NCBI GenBank assembly: GCA_965218795.1
Contig: OZ244653.1
Span: 2,912,001 to 2,976,000, forward strand
Length of the DNA: 64,000 bases
Source of the DNA: a bacterium
GTDB taxonomy: Bacteria > UBA8248 > JACPRG01 > G963555815
Reading direction: 5' to 3'
Part shown: piece after piece, positions 1 through 8,984 of the stretch
How positions within the stretch are numbered: position 1 is the stretch's first letter
How the letters are laid out: each line of letters begins with the position of its first letter
Program-made: the position numbers and the translations under genes
The notes under the pieces: model-generated
Databases searched by the model: none
Seen by the model: the letters and a program-made list of their open reading frames with translations, nothing else
Told to the model about the DNA's origin: nothing

Positions 1-1065
1 TACCTCTTGGATGTTGCAGATCGCGTCTTACAGCACGAGATAGAATCCCAAACAGGTACGATCTCGGCAGCCCAAGAATTAAACAAGATCGATTTAAGCA
101 AATACCCAGCGCCGCATTTGGCCGGTTCTCCTGATTTGCAGGACCTTGTGCACCGGATGATCTTTCAACACGTTGAGCGGTTGAAACTCTCCTTCGATGG
201 TGAGACGCCGACAATTCAGTTCGGGGACGTGCTGCGGTGCAAGGACGAGAGGTCCGAAGACTTAACAAATGATGTTTTCCTCATTGCAACGCCCGCTTGC
301 GATCTAGCCCGTGGGGGGACGGAGTACGTGCTGGTTCTGCCGGGGACTCTCACTCCACTCGCCGCCGAAGATTGGTCTTATGGGGCGACGATGACCAAGA
401 CTCCAATCTTCACATCCCAAGATGGATCAAGGTATTGGATTAGGTGGCATCTGAAAAATCGGCAAACAATCCCACTGACAACACTTTGCGAGGGCTGCCA
501 GAATGGGAAAAGTTACGAGCGGCTAGGTCGTATTCGTGAGATGTATGCCACTGAGATTCAGCAGAAAATGCTGGCGGATATGGGACGTATCGGACAGCCT
601 GCAAACCCTCCGGCAACCTTTCCGGTTTCTATTTTCCTGTTTGTAGTGTCTTCCAAAAGGAGAGCGCATTCCGTTGCGGTCGATGGCATAGATACGGCTG
701 TATGTTTCGTGGGTCGAGATGCAAAAGGAAAGAGAGTGGATCATTTGGTACTCGGCGAAACGGCGTGTGATGCGTTTAAGGGCATGATCCAGGATTATCC
801 GTCTGATGACGTATACCATGCGGCGCGGCCAAGCTTGGAAGACATGAAGACTGATCTTAATTTCTTCGAGCGATTTGAAAGTGGATTAATTGAAGTCCCA
901 CAAAAAAATGGAAAATGGCAGGAGGAAAAGGGAGACGGCGATCGGGTGTATCTTCACATCGTACGCAATGAAGGTGTCGAAGATGGCCACGCTGCCCAAG
1001 GCAATCACCTCAATGCGCCCTTCGTCATGAAAGTCTCCGATATTCTCCCACCACAGGAGAAATAA
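1..1065 (+). CDS. Hypothetical protein, C-terminal part (5' end probably outside the window)
   Basis: Frame is open from base 1 and stops at 1065. Contains an IATPACDL motif reminiscent of proteins found next to receiver-domain/histidine-kinase modules in defence islands; no family recognised with confidence. Confidence 0.55.
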   Translation, partial: YLLDVADRVLQHEIESQTGTISAAQELNKIDLSKYPAPHLAGSPDLQDLVHRMIFQHVERLKLSFDGETPTIQFGDVLRCKDERSEDLTNDVFLIATPACDLARGGTEYVLVLPGTLTPLAAEDWSYGATMTKTPIFTSQDGSRYWIRWHLKNRQTIPLTTLCEGCQNGKSYERLGRIREMYATEIQQKMLADMGRIGQPANPPATFPVSIFLFVVSSKRRAHSVAVDGIDTAVCFVGRDAKGKRVDHLVLGETACDAFKGMIQDYPSDDVYHAARPSLEDMKTDLNFFERFESGLIEVPQKNGKWQEEKGDGDRVYLHIVRNEGVEDGHAAQGNHLNAPFVMKVSDILPPQEK

Positions 1066-1414
1066 ATGGAGGCGGACGATCTTTTGGCAGAATCTGTATC
1101 CGTACGGTCAGTTGGCGGTCAAGACACGCTGTACAAACCGCCAGTTTTTTCGTGCGCAGATCTAACTCATGAACCCTTTCGCCTGTTAGGGGAACTAGCT
1201 CGCCTCGATGGCGACGATCAAGTGCTTCTTTGGGGGGGTTGTTAGAACCTCGGGCACACAGTTCGACGGCGATCGGACCGACGTACATGACGTGTTATCA
1301 CTGATTTTGGGTGCGGTGTTACGAGCATTCGGTCTCAGCTCTGTGTGGCTAGTAGATGAGCGGCACGGCTTTGTTCCGGGAGAAGTCGGGGCGCGGCAAA
1401 TAAGGTGGATTTAC

Positions 1415-2254
1415 CTATTTGTGACAGGCAAGACAAACCTTTGCTTTACCGTAAAGATCATCAATGTCCAGAGGCTTGCTATCCGGCCTTAACGGGTTGG
1501 GCGGTCCCTTCGACCGCATGCGGGCGAGCCGTTGTTCATAGTCCTGTCTGATCTGCTCGATCCGTTCCGGTTTCTCCAACTCTTCCAATGACTCGCCCTC
1601 GCTCCACGTAAACGGCGAGCCTTGATCGACGGCATCCTTTTCATAAGCCTTGGCTTCCTCGAAGGCGTCAGGGTGCCGCTCTTTGAGCCGCACCCATTCG
1701 ATCTTCTGCTGGAAGAAACAGAAGGTGCAGCCGCTACGGGTGCGCCAAGCATAGTATGTCGGCAACCCCAAGCCCGCGCTTTCCAGAATCTCCAGCACCT
1801 CTGCTTTATCGACGCCGGCTTCTTTGAAAGGAAGTCGCACGATGAGGTTGTCGTGCTTGGAAGAATACCCCTCGCGGTATTCCTCGTCCGCTCTGATGGC
1901 AACGTAGCTGTACACCTTGCCCCCGTTTTCGAGCGAGGTCCTGAGCCACTGCTCGAAGGGCCGCAGCTTCAGTTGCCGTGTGCACCAGCGCGTCTGCGGG
2001 GACGGTAGAAAATTGTTGTACTGTTTGAGCCAGAAATCGAAATCCCGGTCAGGGTTCAGGCGCAGTATCGGTTGCCCGAGAAAACCTTCCAGCCGCCCGA
2101 GATATTCGTAGACCTCGGGCAGTTCCTTGCCCGTGTCCGTAAAGAAATATTCGATATCCAGTTCGGGGTGATGTTGCCGCATATAGACGGCGAGGGCCGC
2201 GCTGTCGCGCCCGCCGGAAAGACCGAGTACGTGTTTCACAGGATCGGTCGTCAT
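1415..2254 (-). CDS. sspD: PAPS-reductase-family ATP pyrophosphatase, SspD-like (DNA phosphorothioation)
   Basis: SGGRDS PP-loop, DTG, RWCT, RSGCTFCF and C-terminal CxxC motifs; 4-nt overlap with the upstream ATPase gene. Confidence 0.75.
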   Translation of the reverse strand: MTTDPVKHVLGLSGGRDSAALAVYMRQHHPELDIEYFFTDTGKELPEVYEYLGRLEGFLGQPILRLNPDRDFDFWLKQYNNFLPSPQTRWCTRQLKLRPFEQWLRTSLENGGKVYSYVAIRADEEYREGYSSKHDNLIVRLPFKEAGVDKAEVLEILESAGLGLPTYYAWRTRSGCTFCFFQQKIEWVRLKERHPDAFEEAKAYEKDAVDQGSPFTWSEGESLEELEKPERIEQIRQDYEQRLARMRSKGPPNPLRPDSKPLDIDDLYGKAKVCLACHK

Positions 2255-5200
2255 GAAACGGCTCTTCCTTTCTCATTGTGCTGCTGCTTCGGTTTTTGCA
2301 TGTACCGTGTGCTGATTTTCGCCAGCGCCGCCAGAATGATGCTGCGACGGCTGGTGTCGGCCTCTTCCAGTGCGGCCGAGACACGCTCGATGAGCGCGTT
2401 CACGGCTGCATGGTCAGAGTCTGCGATATCGAATTCCTCCAGTATCGGCGCCGGTCGACCGTCCATGCCAATAACGACAGCCATCGCTTGGCGTTTCTCG
2501 GGTCGGCCCTTGACGCGCGCGTACGTCTCGGCGCGGAGGAATTTCTGCGCCATGTCGGCAAGCTCAATCGCCGCTTTGTCGAGATCGGGATCGACCCAAT
2601 CACGCGGCGGTTTGTTCGCGGCGAGACTGGCGATGCCCTCGAAACTCTCGTCGCTGCCGTCGAACTGCGATAGCCTGCCGACGAAGGCATCGAGCCGGAA
2701 GTCCCCGGCGAGCTGCCGGATGTTCTCGGCCCGGTCGCGCAATTCGGCCAGCGATTGCGGGGAGACGTTCGGGACTTGCAACTCCAAAAGCATGATATCG
2801 CGTAAGCGGTGGAGCATCGAGGGATAGGCCTGAACCAATTCCTCCAAACCGTCGCGGACGCTTCCAACGATCCGGCGCAGGTCCTCGTCATTGGCAAGGG
2901 AAACGTCTTCGCCGAGCGTTCCTGGAATGTCGTCGAACAGGAACTGGTTCGGATCGTGCGCGCGTTTGAAGAGATCGCGAATGTTCACGGCGTTCGTGGA
3001 AAGCCGCATCGTCCGCGTGGTCCATTGGGGGAGCTGATCGTAGATCGCCACAAGGCCGCGCCCGACATCGATGGGCTCCAAATGAGCAAGATCGTTGGCT
3101 TTGTCGAGATTGCGAACGACCTCCGCCATGTCTGACAACAGGCGGCGCGCGATATCGGTCAGGTCCATCCAGCGCAACTGGATGAAGGCCGCGTCCTTGG
3201 CCAGATAGCCGACATCCACATCATCGAATCGGGCCCTGAAAATACCGTCCCGATAGACCGCAAGCTTGTCTCGCCCTGACAGCACGAACGCGACGGCAAG
3301 TATCGGCATCAGCCCGTGCCTGACACCGAACGGCGGCTTGCGCCACAGGTCGAACAGTTCGGAGACGGCAACCGTGCGATTGGCGTGCTTCTTCACATGT
3401 GCGAGCGCCTCGTCCCACATGGGTGCCAGGCGGTGAGGATCAGCGCTGCTCTTCTTCGGGGAAACGAACCGCCATCCCTTGCCCTCTTGCGTGTAAAGTC
3501 CCGTCGCTTCCAATACGGATGCGAACAAGCCGCCTTCGGCCGGAAAACCCTTGATGCCAAGACGCGGCTCTCCCTCGTTCAGGACCATGCGCCGCAACAG
3601 GCTGTTTTGCGCCGCGATGGCGTTGCTTGACGGCTTCTGGCGATTCAGCAACTCGTTGTGCAGGCACGGCGATTGTTCGAAGCGGCGGTCGGCCAGCTCG
3701 GAAGCGATGCTGTTCAAATCGGCCTGCCGCAAGCATTTGGGCTGGTGGTTCTTGCGGAACCACAATGCATTGTCGAATGCCTTGTGCAGTTCCGCCTCAA
3801 GGAGAGCCTGCAAGGCCGCGAGACGGGCGGAGACTTCCCGCCGTGCGACGGGATCGCCGGCAAGTTCCGGGTGATCGTTGCTTACGTTATCGAGCGCAGA
3901 CAGCTCACGCGCCAGCGGCACGACAGCCCAGGACCGCTGCGAAATCCCGACGACCACATCCCATGCATCGCCATAGCGTGCCGCCTTTCGGCAAAGGTTC
4001 TCGGCGTATTCTTCGCTTTCTTCCTCGGTCGGGACCGCTAGCAGGAACTGGCCTATTGCGCCGTTCTTCGGCGCAAGGTTGGCGGCGAATTCGACGAGGC
4101 CGCTGACGGGAACGATGTTCACGTCGAACCATCGCAGCGCGCCTGTTTCATGGTAGTGGCGTTTAGCGAGAATCGGCTGAAGCCCGGCGAGGGATTTGAG
4201 TTCCTTGAAATCGACCTCGTCGATATCGTCGAGCGCGGCGCGGACCGCTAGATCGATATCGAAATCGCTTCCGGCGAAAATGGCGCGGGCGTCGAGGAAC
4301 TTCTTGAAGATTGTAAACGACCAGTCGTCGAGCTGCGACAGCGCTTTCTCAAGGGCCTTGGGGGATATTTCGGGGAAACAGGTTCGCAGCAGATCCGCTT
4401 TCGCAACGAGCCCCGAGCGCTCTTTGAACAGGTCAATGACAGAGATGGTCTTGAGCAGATTGATGTGAAGCGCGTCGCCGCCGATGGATTCGCAGCGTTC
4501 AAGCGCTTCTGCCGTCAAGGCCCATCGGTGTCCGTCGGGTGAGGCCAGGATGGATGGTTCCAGATTGGTGCGCAGATAGTCCCAAAGGCGATCCGGCCCG
4601 TACAGCTCGCCGTCCCCGGCGTGATTGAGAAAATCCTGAAAGCCGTGCGGTTCGGATGAGTTCAGAAAACCGAAGATGCTCCGCTGGTTTTGACCGAAGC
4701 GCCGCCGCGATATCGGCCCAAGCAAACAAGCCACGACGGGATGCAGCGGCCAGCACGCTTCCAACGTGGTAGCTAGCCGCACGGCGTCGCCGCCACGTTC
4801 CCGGAGCGCGAAGGCGGCGACCTTGGAACCTAGCCCACCGGGTTTTTTCGGAAGATGATCGCTCTCGATGGCGCGGGAGATCAGGTCGATCTGCTCTTCG
4901 CCAGCGGCATCGACGATGAGATCGATAAACCGTCCCTGGACTTTCGCCCACTCGTCACGCATCTCATGCGAGAGCCGATGCGCGTATTCCTCGAATGCCT
5001 GGTGCAGCACGCCCACCACGAGAAAACGGCCGTTGCTCCGCGATGCAACCTCGGCAAGCTGTTGGAGGATGTAGATGTCGGAGCCGTCCTGCGCGGCGGC
5101 TTCGAGAAACTTGCCCATCTCGTCGATGAACAGGATCAGTCCGCCGTGCGTCTTCGGCTTGGACGCGGCCGCCTCCATCAGGGCGGCGATCAAATTGCTC

Positions 5201-5640
5201 TCGGTCCAGCCGCCGCGCGGCACGCGCGATACAAGTCCTCCCCTTTTGACGGCTTCACCGATGACACTGACGGGATTGTCTCGCCTTCCGACAACGGGAA
5301 CGACGCGCCATCCCTTCGCGCCTGTCGGCAACGCGTTCCAGATCGCTTTCGTCAGCTTCTGCCCGAAGACCTTGGCCGCGTCTTTTTGCAATCCCGCATC
5401 GCCGTTCAGCAAGGCGCTCAACGCAACCACAAGGCTTGACTTGCCGCTGCCGTAGGGGCCGGTCCACGTAAACGCGCCTTGTCCCGTTTCGGAGACGTGA
5501 CGCGCCATCATGATCAGAACATCGGCCGACGATTGCGGACAGACAAATCCTTCGAGTGCGGTGGCATCGCCGAGATCGGCGTCGATACGGACCGATCTCA
5601 GAAAGCGCCGGGCTATGCGGACTCGTTCGTTGAGTGCCAT
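2251..5640 (-). CDS. sspC: Large P-loop ATPase, SspC-like
   Basis: 1129 aa; Walker A GPYGSGKS and Walker B LFIDE; lies between DUF4007 and PAPS reductase genes and overlaps both. Confidence 0.75.
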   Translation of the reverse strand: MALNERVRIARRFLRSVRIDADLGDATALEGFVCPQSSADVLIMMARHVSETGQGAFTWTGPYGSGKSSLVVALSALLNGDAGLQKDAAKVFGQKLTKAIWNALPTGAKGWRVVPVVGRRDNPVSVIGEAVKRGGLVSRVPRGGWTESNLIAALMEAAASKPKTHGGLILFIDEMGKFLEAAAQDGSDIYILQQLAEVASRSNGRFLVVGVLHQAFEEYAHRLSHEMRDEWAKVQGRFIDLIVDAAGEEQIDLISRAIESDHLPKKPGGLGSKVAAFALRERGGDAVRLATTLEACWPLHPVVACLLGPISRRRFGQNQRSIFGFLNSSEPHGFQDFLNHAGDGELYGPDRLWDYLRTNLEPSILASPDGHRWALTAEALERCESIGGDALHINLLKTISVIDLFKERSGLVAKADLLRTCFPEISPKALEKALSQLDDWSFTIFKKFLDARAIFAGSDFDIDLAVRAALDDIDEVDFKELKSLAGLQPILAKRHYHETGALRWFDVNIVPVSGLVEFAANLAPKNGAIGQFLLAVPTEEESEEYAENLCRKAARYGDAWDVVVGISQRSWAVVPLARELSALDNVSNDHPELAGDPVARREVSARLAALQALLEAELHKAFDNALWFRKNHQPKCLRQADLNSIASELADRRFEQSPCLHNELLNRQKPSSNAIAAQNSLLRRMVLNEGEPRLGIKGFPAEGGLFASVLEATGLYTQEGKGWRFVSPKKSSADPHRLAPMWDEALAHVKKHANRTVAVSELFDLWRKPPFGVRHGLMPILAVAFVLSGRDKLAVYRDGIFRARFDDVDVGYLAKDAAFIQLRWMDLTDIARRLLSDMAEVVRNLDKANDLAHLEPIDVGRGLVAIYDQLPQWTTRTMRLSTNAVNIRDLFKRAHDPNQFLFDDIPGTLGEDVSLANDEDLRRIVGSVRDGLEELVQAYPSMLHRLRDIMLLELQVPNVSPQSLAELRDRAENIRQLAGDFRLDAFVGRLSQFDGSDESFEGIASLAANKPPRDWVDPDLDKAAIELADMAQKFLRAETYARVKGRPEKRQAMAVVIGMDGRPAPILEEFDIADSDHAAVNALIERVSAALEEADTSRRSIILAALAKISTRYMQKPKQQHNEKGRAVS

Positions 5641-6596
5641 CAGGCAGCCTCTTTACCGGCACGCTCGCCGTAATCACCTGTCACCCAGGAAAGCGCCGTG
5701 TCCTCGCTGATATCGATACTGCGCACGACTTGCTTCAGACCGGCGGTCTCGGACCATCTGAGCGCACCGTCTGTCACATCGTCGAGCGTGGCGAGGCGGT
5801 CCGCCACATCATTTTCGTCGAAGAGGAACACACGCCCCGGGCCACCGGGCGCGTGGGCGATAGCCTCGAATGACAGTGTGGCTGCATCGGAATAGCGCGA
5901 CCAGAAATCTCTCAGCGCATAGATGAACACGCCGTCGCCCAATGTGGTCTTCGGGCCGCGCACAAAACGGAATCCGTCCTTTTTGCCGATAGCCTTGATG
6001 AGCCCCAACTCTGTCAGGGGCGACTCAAGCGCGTCGTCATGTCCAACCTTCCCGGACGGTTGGCGTGCGACGTAGGTGCGAATAAAACATGCGACATCGT
6101 TCTTGATGGTTGTATCGGCAGCTCGCGGCCAAGATCGAGCCTTCGCGAGTCGGCCGAGCTTCTTTACGAGATGGTCCCGCTCAAAGGTAATGGCGGGAAA
6201 GTGGCTGAATGCCCAGAACCAGGTTGTTTTCTCTTCGCGGGCCGCCAATTGCCAATGGATCAGCCATAGCGTGGCGGGGTGCTCCATATACGGATCGAGG
6301 CCGTTGGGCGCGAACAGAAGGCGTCCAAACTCCGTCGTCTGAACCGAGTTCGCCCCGGTCTCCTCGATCACGCGGGCAGCCTTCGCCCAATGGCGAATGG
6401 ACGCGACCATATTCTTGCCGACGCCAAATCGCGCGATGGCGTCTTCGCCCCAACAGGCAGCCCTGTTATCGGCTTCGGCCTCGGTTTCTGCGGCGCGGTC
6501 GAACGCCTTCTTCAGCCACCCGTAGCGTAGCGGGAAGGTCTCGTGGCCTGAAAGCTGCGGGTTATAGCCGTCTTGAAATAATGGTCCACGCGCCAT
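5640..6596 (-). CDS. sspB: DUF4007 family protein, SspB-like
   Basis: SGHETFPLRYGWLKK and FGVGKNMV.SIRHW motifs are typical of DUF4007. Confidence 0.8.
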   Translation of the reverse strand: MARGPLFQDGYNPQLSGHETFPLRYGWLKKAFDRAAETEAEADNRAACWGEDAIARFGVGKNMVASIRHWAKAARVIEETGANSVQTTEFGRLLFAPNGLDPYMEHPATLWLIHWQLAAREEKTTWFWAFSHFPAITFERDHLVKKLGRLAKARSWPRAADTTIKNDVACFIRTYVARQPSGKVGHDDALESPLTELGLIKAIGKKDGFRFVRGPKTTLGDGVFIYALRDFWSRYSDAATLSFEAIAHAPGGPGRVFLFDENDVADRLATLDDVTDGALRWSETAGLKQVVRSIDISEDTALSWVTGDYGERAGKEAA

Positions 6597-6752
6597 GCCT
6601 TCTCCGGCTCCTGGATGCTATCTCCAGTTCGCCTGTAGCCTACGTGCTGTGTATGCTATGGTCAACAGAAATTGGAGGAGTCCTTTAGCAACGAGCCACC
6701 TCGGAAAATCGGCCGTGAGCAAAGCGTTTCAGCCTTGGATCATTGAGACACA

Positions 6753-7955
6753 ATGAAAATGCGAAAGACCATCTATCTGGATCATCAGGCGACGACGCCG
6801 GTTGATGCGCATGTTTTGGCCGAAATGGCCCCATACTTTACTGATTCGTTCGGCAATCCGCATTCATCGGATCACTGTCTCGGGTGGGAGTCTTCGCGCG
6901 CCGTGGAAGACGCCGCTGCACGTGTGGCGAGACTGATCGGCGCGGATGCTGATGAGATCACCTTCACGTCAGGAGCCACTGAATCAAACAATCTGGCGCT
7001 GCTCGGACTAGGCCGGCGGGCAGTTGGGGGCAAGCGCCGTCGCATTCTGATCAGCGCGATCGAGCACAAAAGCATACTCGCTGTGGGGAGAGTACTGCAA
7101 AAGCAGTTCGGTTTCGCAGTCGAACAGATACCTGTCGATGGCGAGGGGTTCGTAGAGTTTTCAGCTCTGGAAGAAGCGCTGGACAGCGATGTTCTCGCTG
7201 TATCGATCATGGCGGTCAACAACGAGATTGGAACAATTCAAAACATAGAAAATATTTCGGAAATCATCAGGAGCAATGGAGCTGTCTTTCATTGCGATGC
7301 TGCGCAGGCGCCAACTGCGATGAACATGGGTTGTTTTGCGCAATACGCAGATATGATCAGCCTTTCGTCGCACAAGATGTACGGTCCCAAAGGGCTCGGG
7401 GTCATCTATATCTCGCGCGAATTCCACGGCAAAATCGAGCCGGTGATCTATGGTGGTGGGCAGCAGAACGGGCTGCGCTCGGGTACGGTCCCCGTTCCGC
7501 TCTGCGTCGGAATGGGTGCTGCAGCGGATAGGCTCATGGTCGACGATTTCGAAGACAGGTGCGAACAATTGCGCCATCGGCGCGATACATTCATCGAGAA
7601 ACTAGGGAAGCTGTCTTGGCCAATAGCCGTGAACGGTCCCCACGGGCAAGCTCGACATCCCGGCAACGCAAATATCCAATTCACCGGGTTTTCGGCGCAT
7701 GACATTCTTGGCTCTTTACAGCCGCATCTTGCTGCATCGACCGGTTCCGCCTGCACCTCGGGCATCCCGGAACCTTCGCATGTTCTCAAGGCCATCGGCC
7801 TGAGGGGCGACGAGGCCGAATCGTCCGTGCGTTTCAGTCTCGGTTTCGGCACATATGACGATGATGTTGATGAGGCCGTGAGCCTGATCGAGAACGCATT
7901 GGACAGGCTTTCGAAGGCCGATCGGGTTCGCCTTGCTGAATCACGATTTGGCTGA
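6753..7955 (+). CDS. sspA: Cysteine desulfurase (IscS/DndA/SspA family)
   Basis: IYLDHQATTP, SGATESNN, SSHKMYGPKG (PLP lysine) and TGSACTS (catalytic Cys); divergent from the sspBCD-like operon. Confidence 0.8.
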   Translation: MKMRKTIYLDHQATTPVDAHVLAEMAPYFTDSFGNPHSSDHCLGWESSRAVEDAAARVARLIGADADEITFTSGATESNNLALLGLGRRAVGGKRRRILISAIEHKSILAVGRVLQKQFGFAVEQIPVDGEGFVEFSALEEALDSDVLAVSIMAVNNEIGTIQNIENISEIIRSNGAVFHCDAAQAPTAMNMGCFAQYADMISLSSHKMYGPKGLGVIYISREFHGKIEPVIYGGGQQNGLRSGTVPVPLCVGMGAAADRLMVDDFEDRCEQLRHRRDTFIEKLGKLSWPIAVNGPHGQARHPGNANIQFTGFSAHDILGSLQPHLAASTGSACTSGIPEPSHVLKAIGLRGDEAESSVRFSLGFGTYDDDVDEAVSLIENALDRLSKADRVRLAESRFG

Positions 7956-8086
7956 ACGCCCTCGTCATTGATGGCCAACGCTCTGATCCGGTCTAGAGGC
8001 TTGCTTGTGGTTGCGGGGGTACGCAATAGCCGAGACTGACGTTCACTCGCTATCACGAGTTGAACGAGACAAGGAGGTACGAGCGC

Positions 8087-8608
8087 ATGACATCGAGCAA
8101 GACCCTGTATCTGGCGAACCCCTATGGGTTTTCCGCGCAGCAGCGCGGAGGGCCGCTGGCGGCGTTGGTGGCCGCCCTGGAAGCGATGGGCGCGGAGGTC
8201 TGGGAGCCGTTCGCCCGCAACAACCAGATCGACCGGACGAGCCCCGGCTGGGCCTACCGGATCGGGCAGGCCGACCTTGGCGACGTGCGCGACGCCGACG
8301 GGCTGTTCGCGGTGGTCAACGGCTGTCCTCCGGACGAGGGAGTGATGGTGGAGCTTGGCATGGCGATCGCGTGGGGGAAACCGGTGTTTCTGTTCCGGGA
8401 CGATTTTCGCCGCTGTACCGACAGCGAGGCCTATCCGCTGAACCTGATGGTGTTCACCGGCCTGCCGGAGACGGGTTGGGAGGCCTACTGGTATAGCTCG
8501 GTTGAGGAGATCGCCCGTCCGGACAAGGCGCTCGCGCGGTGGCTGAAGGGCAGCGTGGCGGCTGTCGAAACCGTCCCGATGTCCGCTACGGGCCGAACCG
8601 GCGAATGA
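8087..8608 (+). CDS. Nucleoside 2-deoxyribosyltransferase family protein
   Basis: LYLANP, D...D and DEGVMVELGMAIAWGKPV motifs; AAGGAGG RBS upstream of ATG 8087. Confidence 0.8.
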   Translation: MTSSKTLYLANPYGFSAQQRGGPLAALVAALEAMGAEVWEPFARNNQIDRTSPGWAYRIGQADLGDVRDADGLFAVVNGCPPDEGVMVELGMAIAWGKPVFLFRDDFRRCTDSEAYPLNLMVFTGLPETGWEAYWYSSVEEIARPDKALARWLKGSVAAVETVPMSATGRTGE

Positions 8609-8795
8609 TTGCCAGGCGCACGACGCCGAGATCGTTCTCGATCGTGTAAGCGCACGGCCTCGGAGGATTGTCCGGCCCGCAACGGTTCTCGCCGGAGCGG
8701 TTCACGTAATGGGCGCTCCGCCCGAAATTCAACGACGCGCCTTCGAGCGGCAGCGTCCAGGCATCGGCCAGTGGAACTTCCACACCCGTACCGAT

Positions 8796-8831
8796 TGGAG
8801 TTGCACCGTTTAGGTGGACCCCTTCAGACTG
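8796..8831 (+). mobile_element. Solo IS3-family left inverted-repeat remnant
   Basis: TGGAGTTGCACCGTTTAGGTGGACCCCTTCAGACTG matches the reverse complement of the IS3 end at 43693-43728 at 31 of 36 positions. Confidence 0.65.
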
Positions 8832-8984
8832 GAGTTACTTTTCGATGGACGGCTTAAGGCTTTCGCCACCAGCCCTGAGGTGGATGGAGCCCGGTCCCCA
8901 GCCGGTTGTGTATGGCGCCGAAGGCCTCGCCGAGCTTGTCGTCCTTTGGATTGATCCTGGCCTCAGCGAGCGCAGATCTTGCTC

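Noticed and set aside
1415-7955. BREX type 4 or canonical Dnd system
   Set aside because: No pglZ/brxL or dndB/D/E seen; stand-alone DUF4007 plus desulfurase fits Ssp better.
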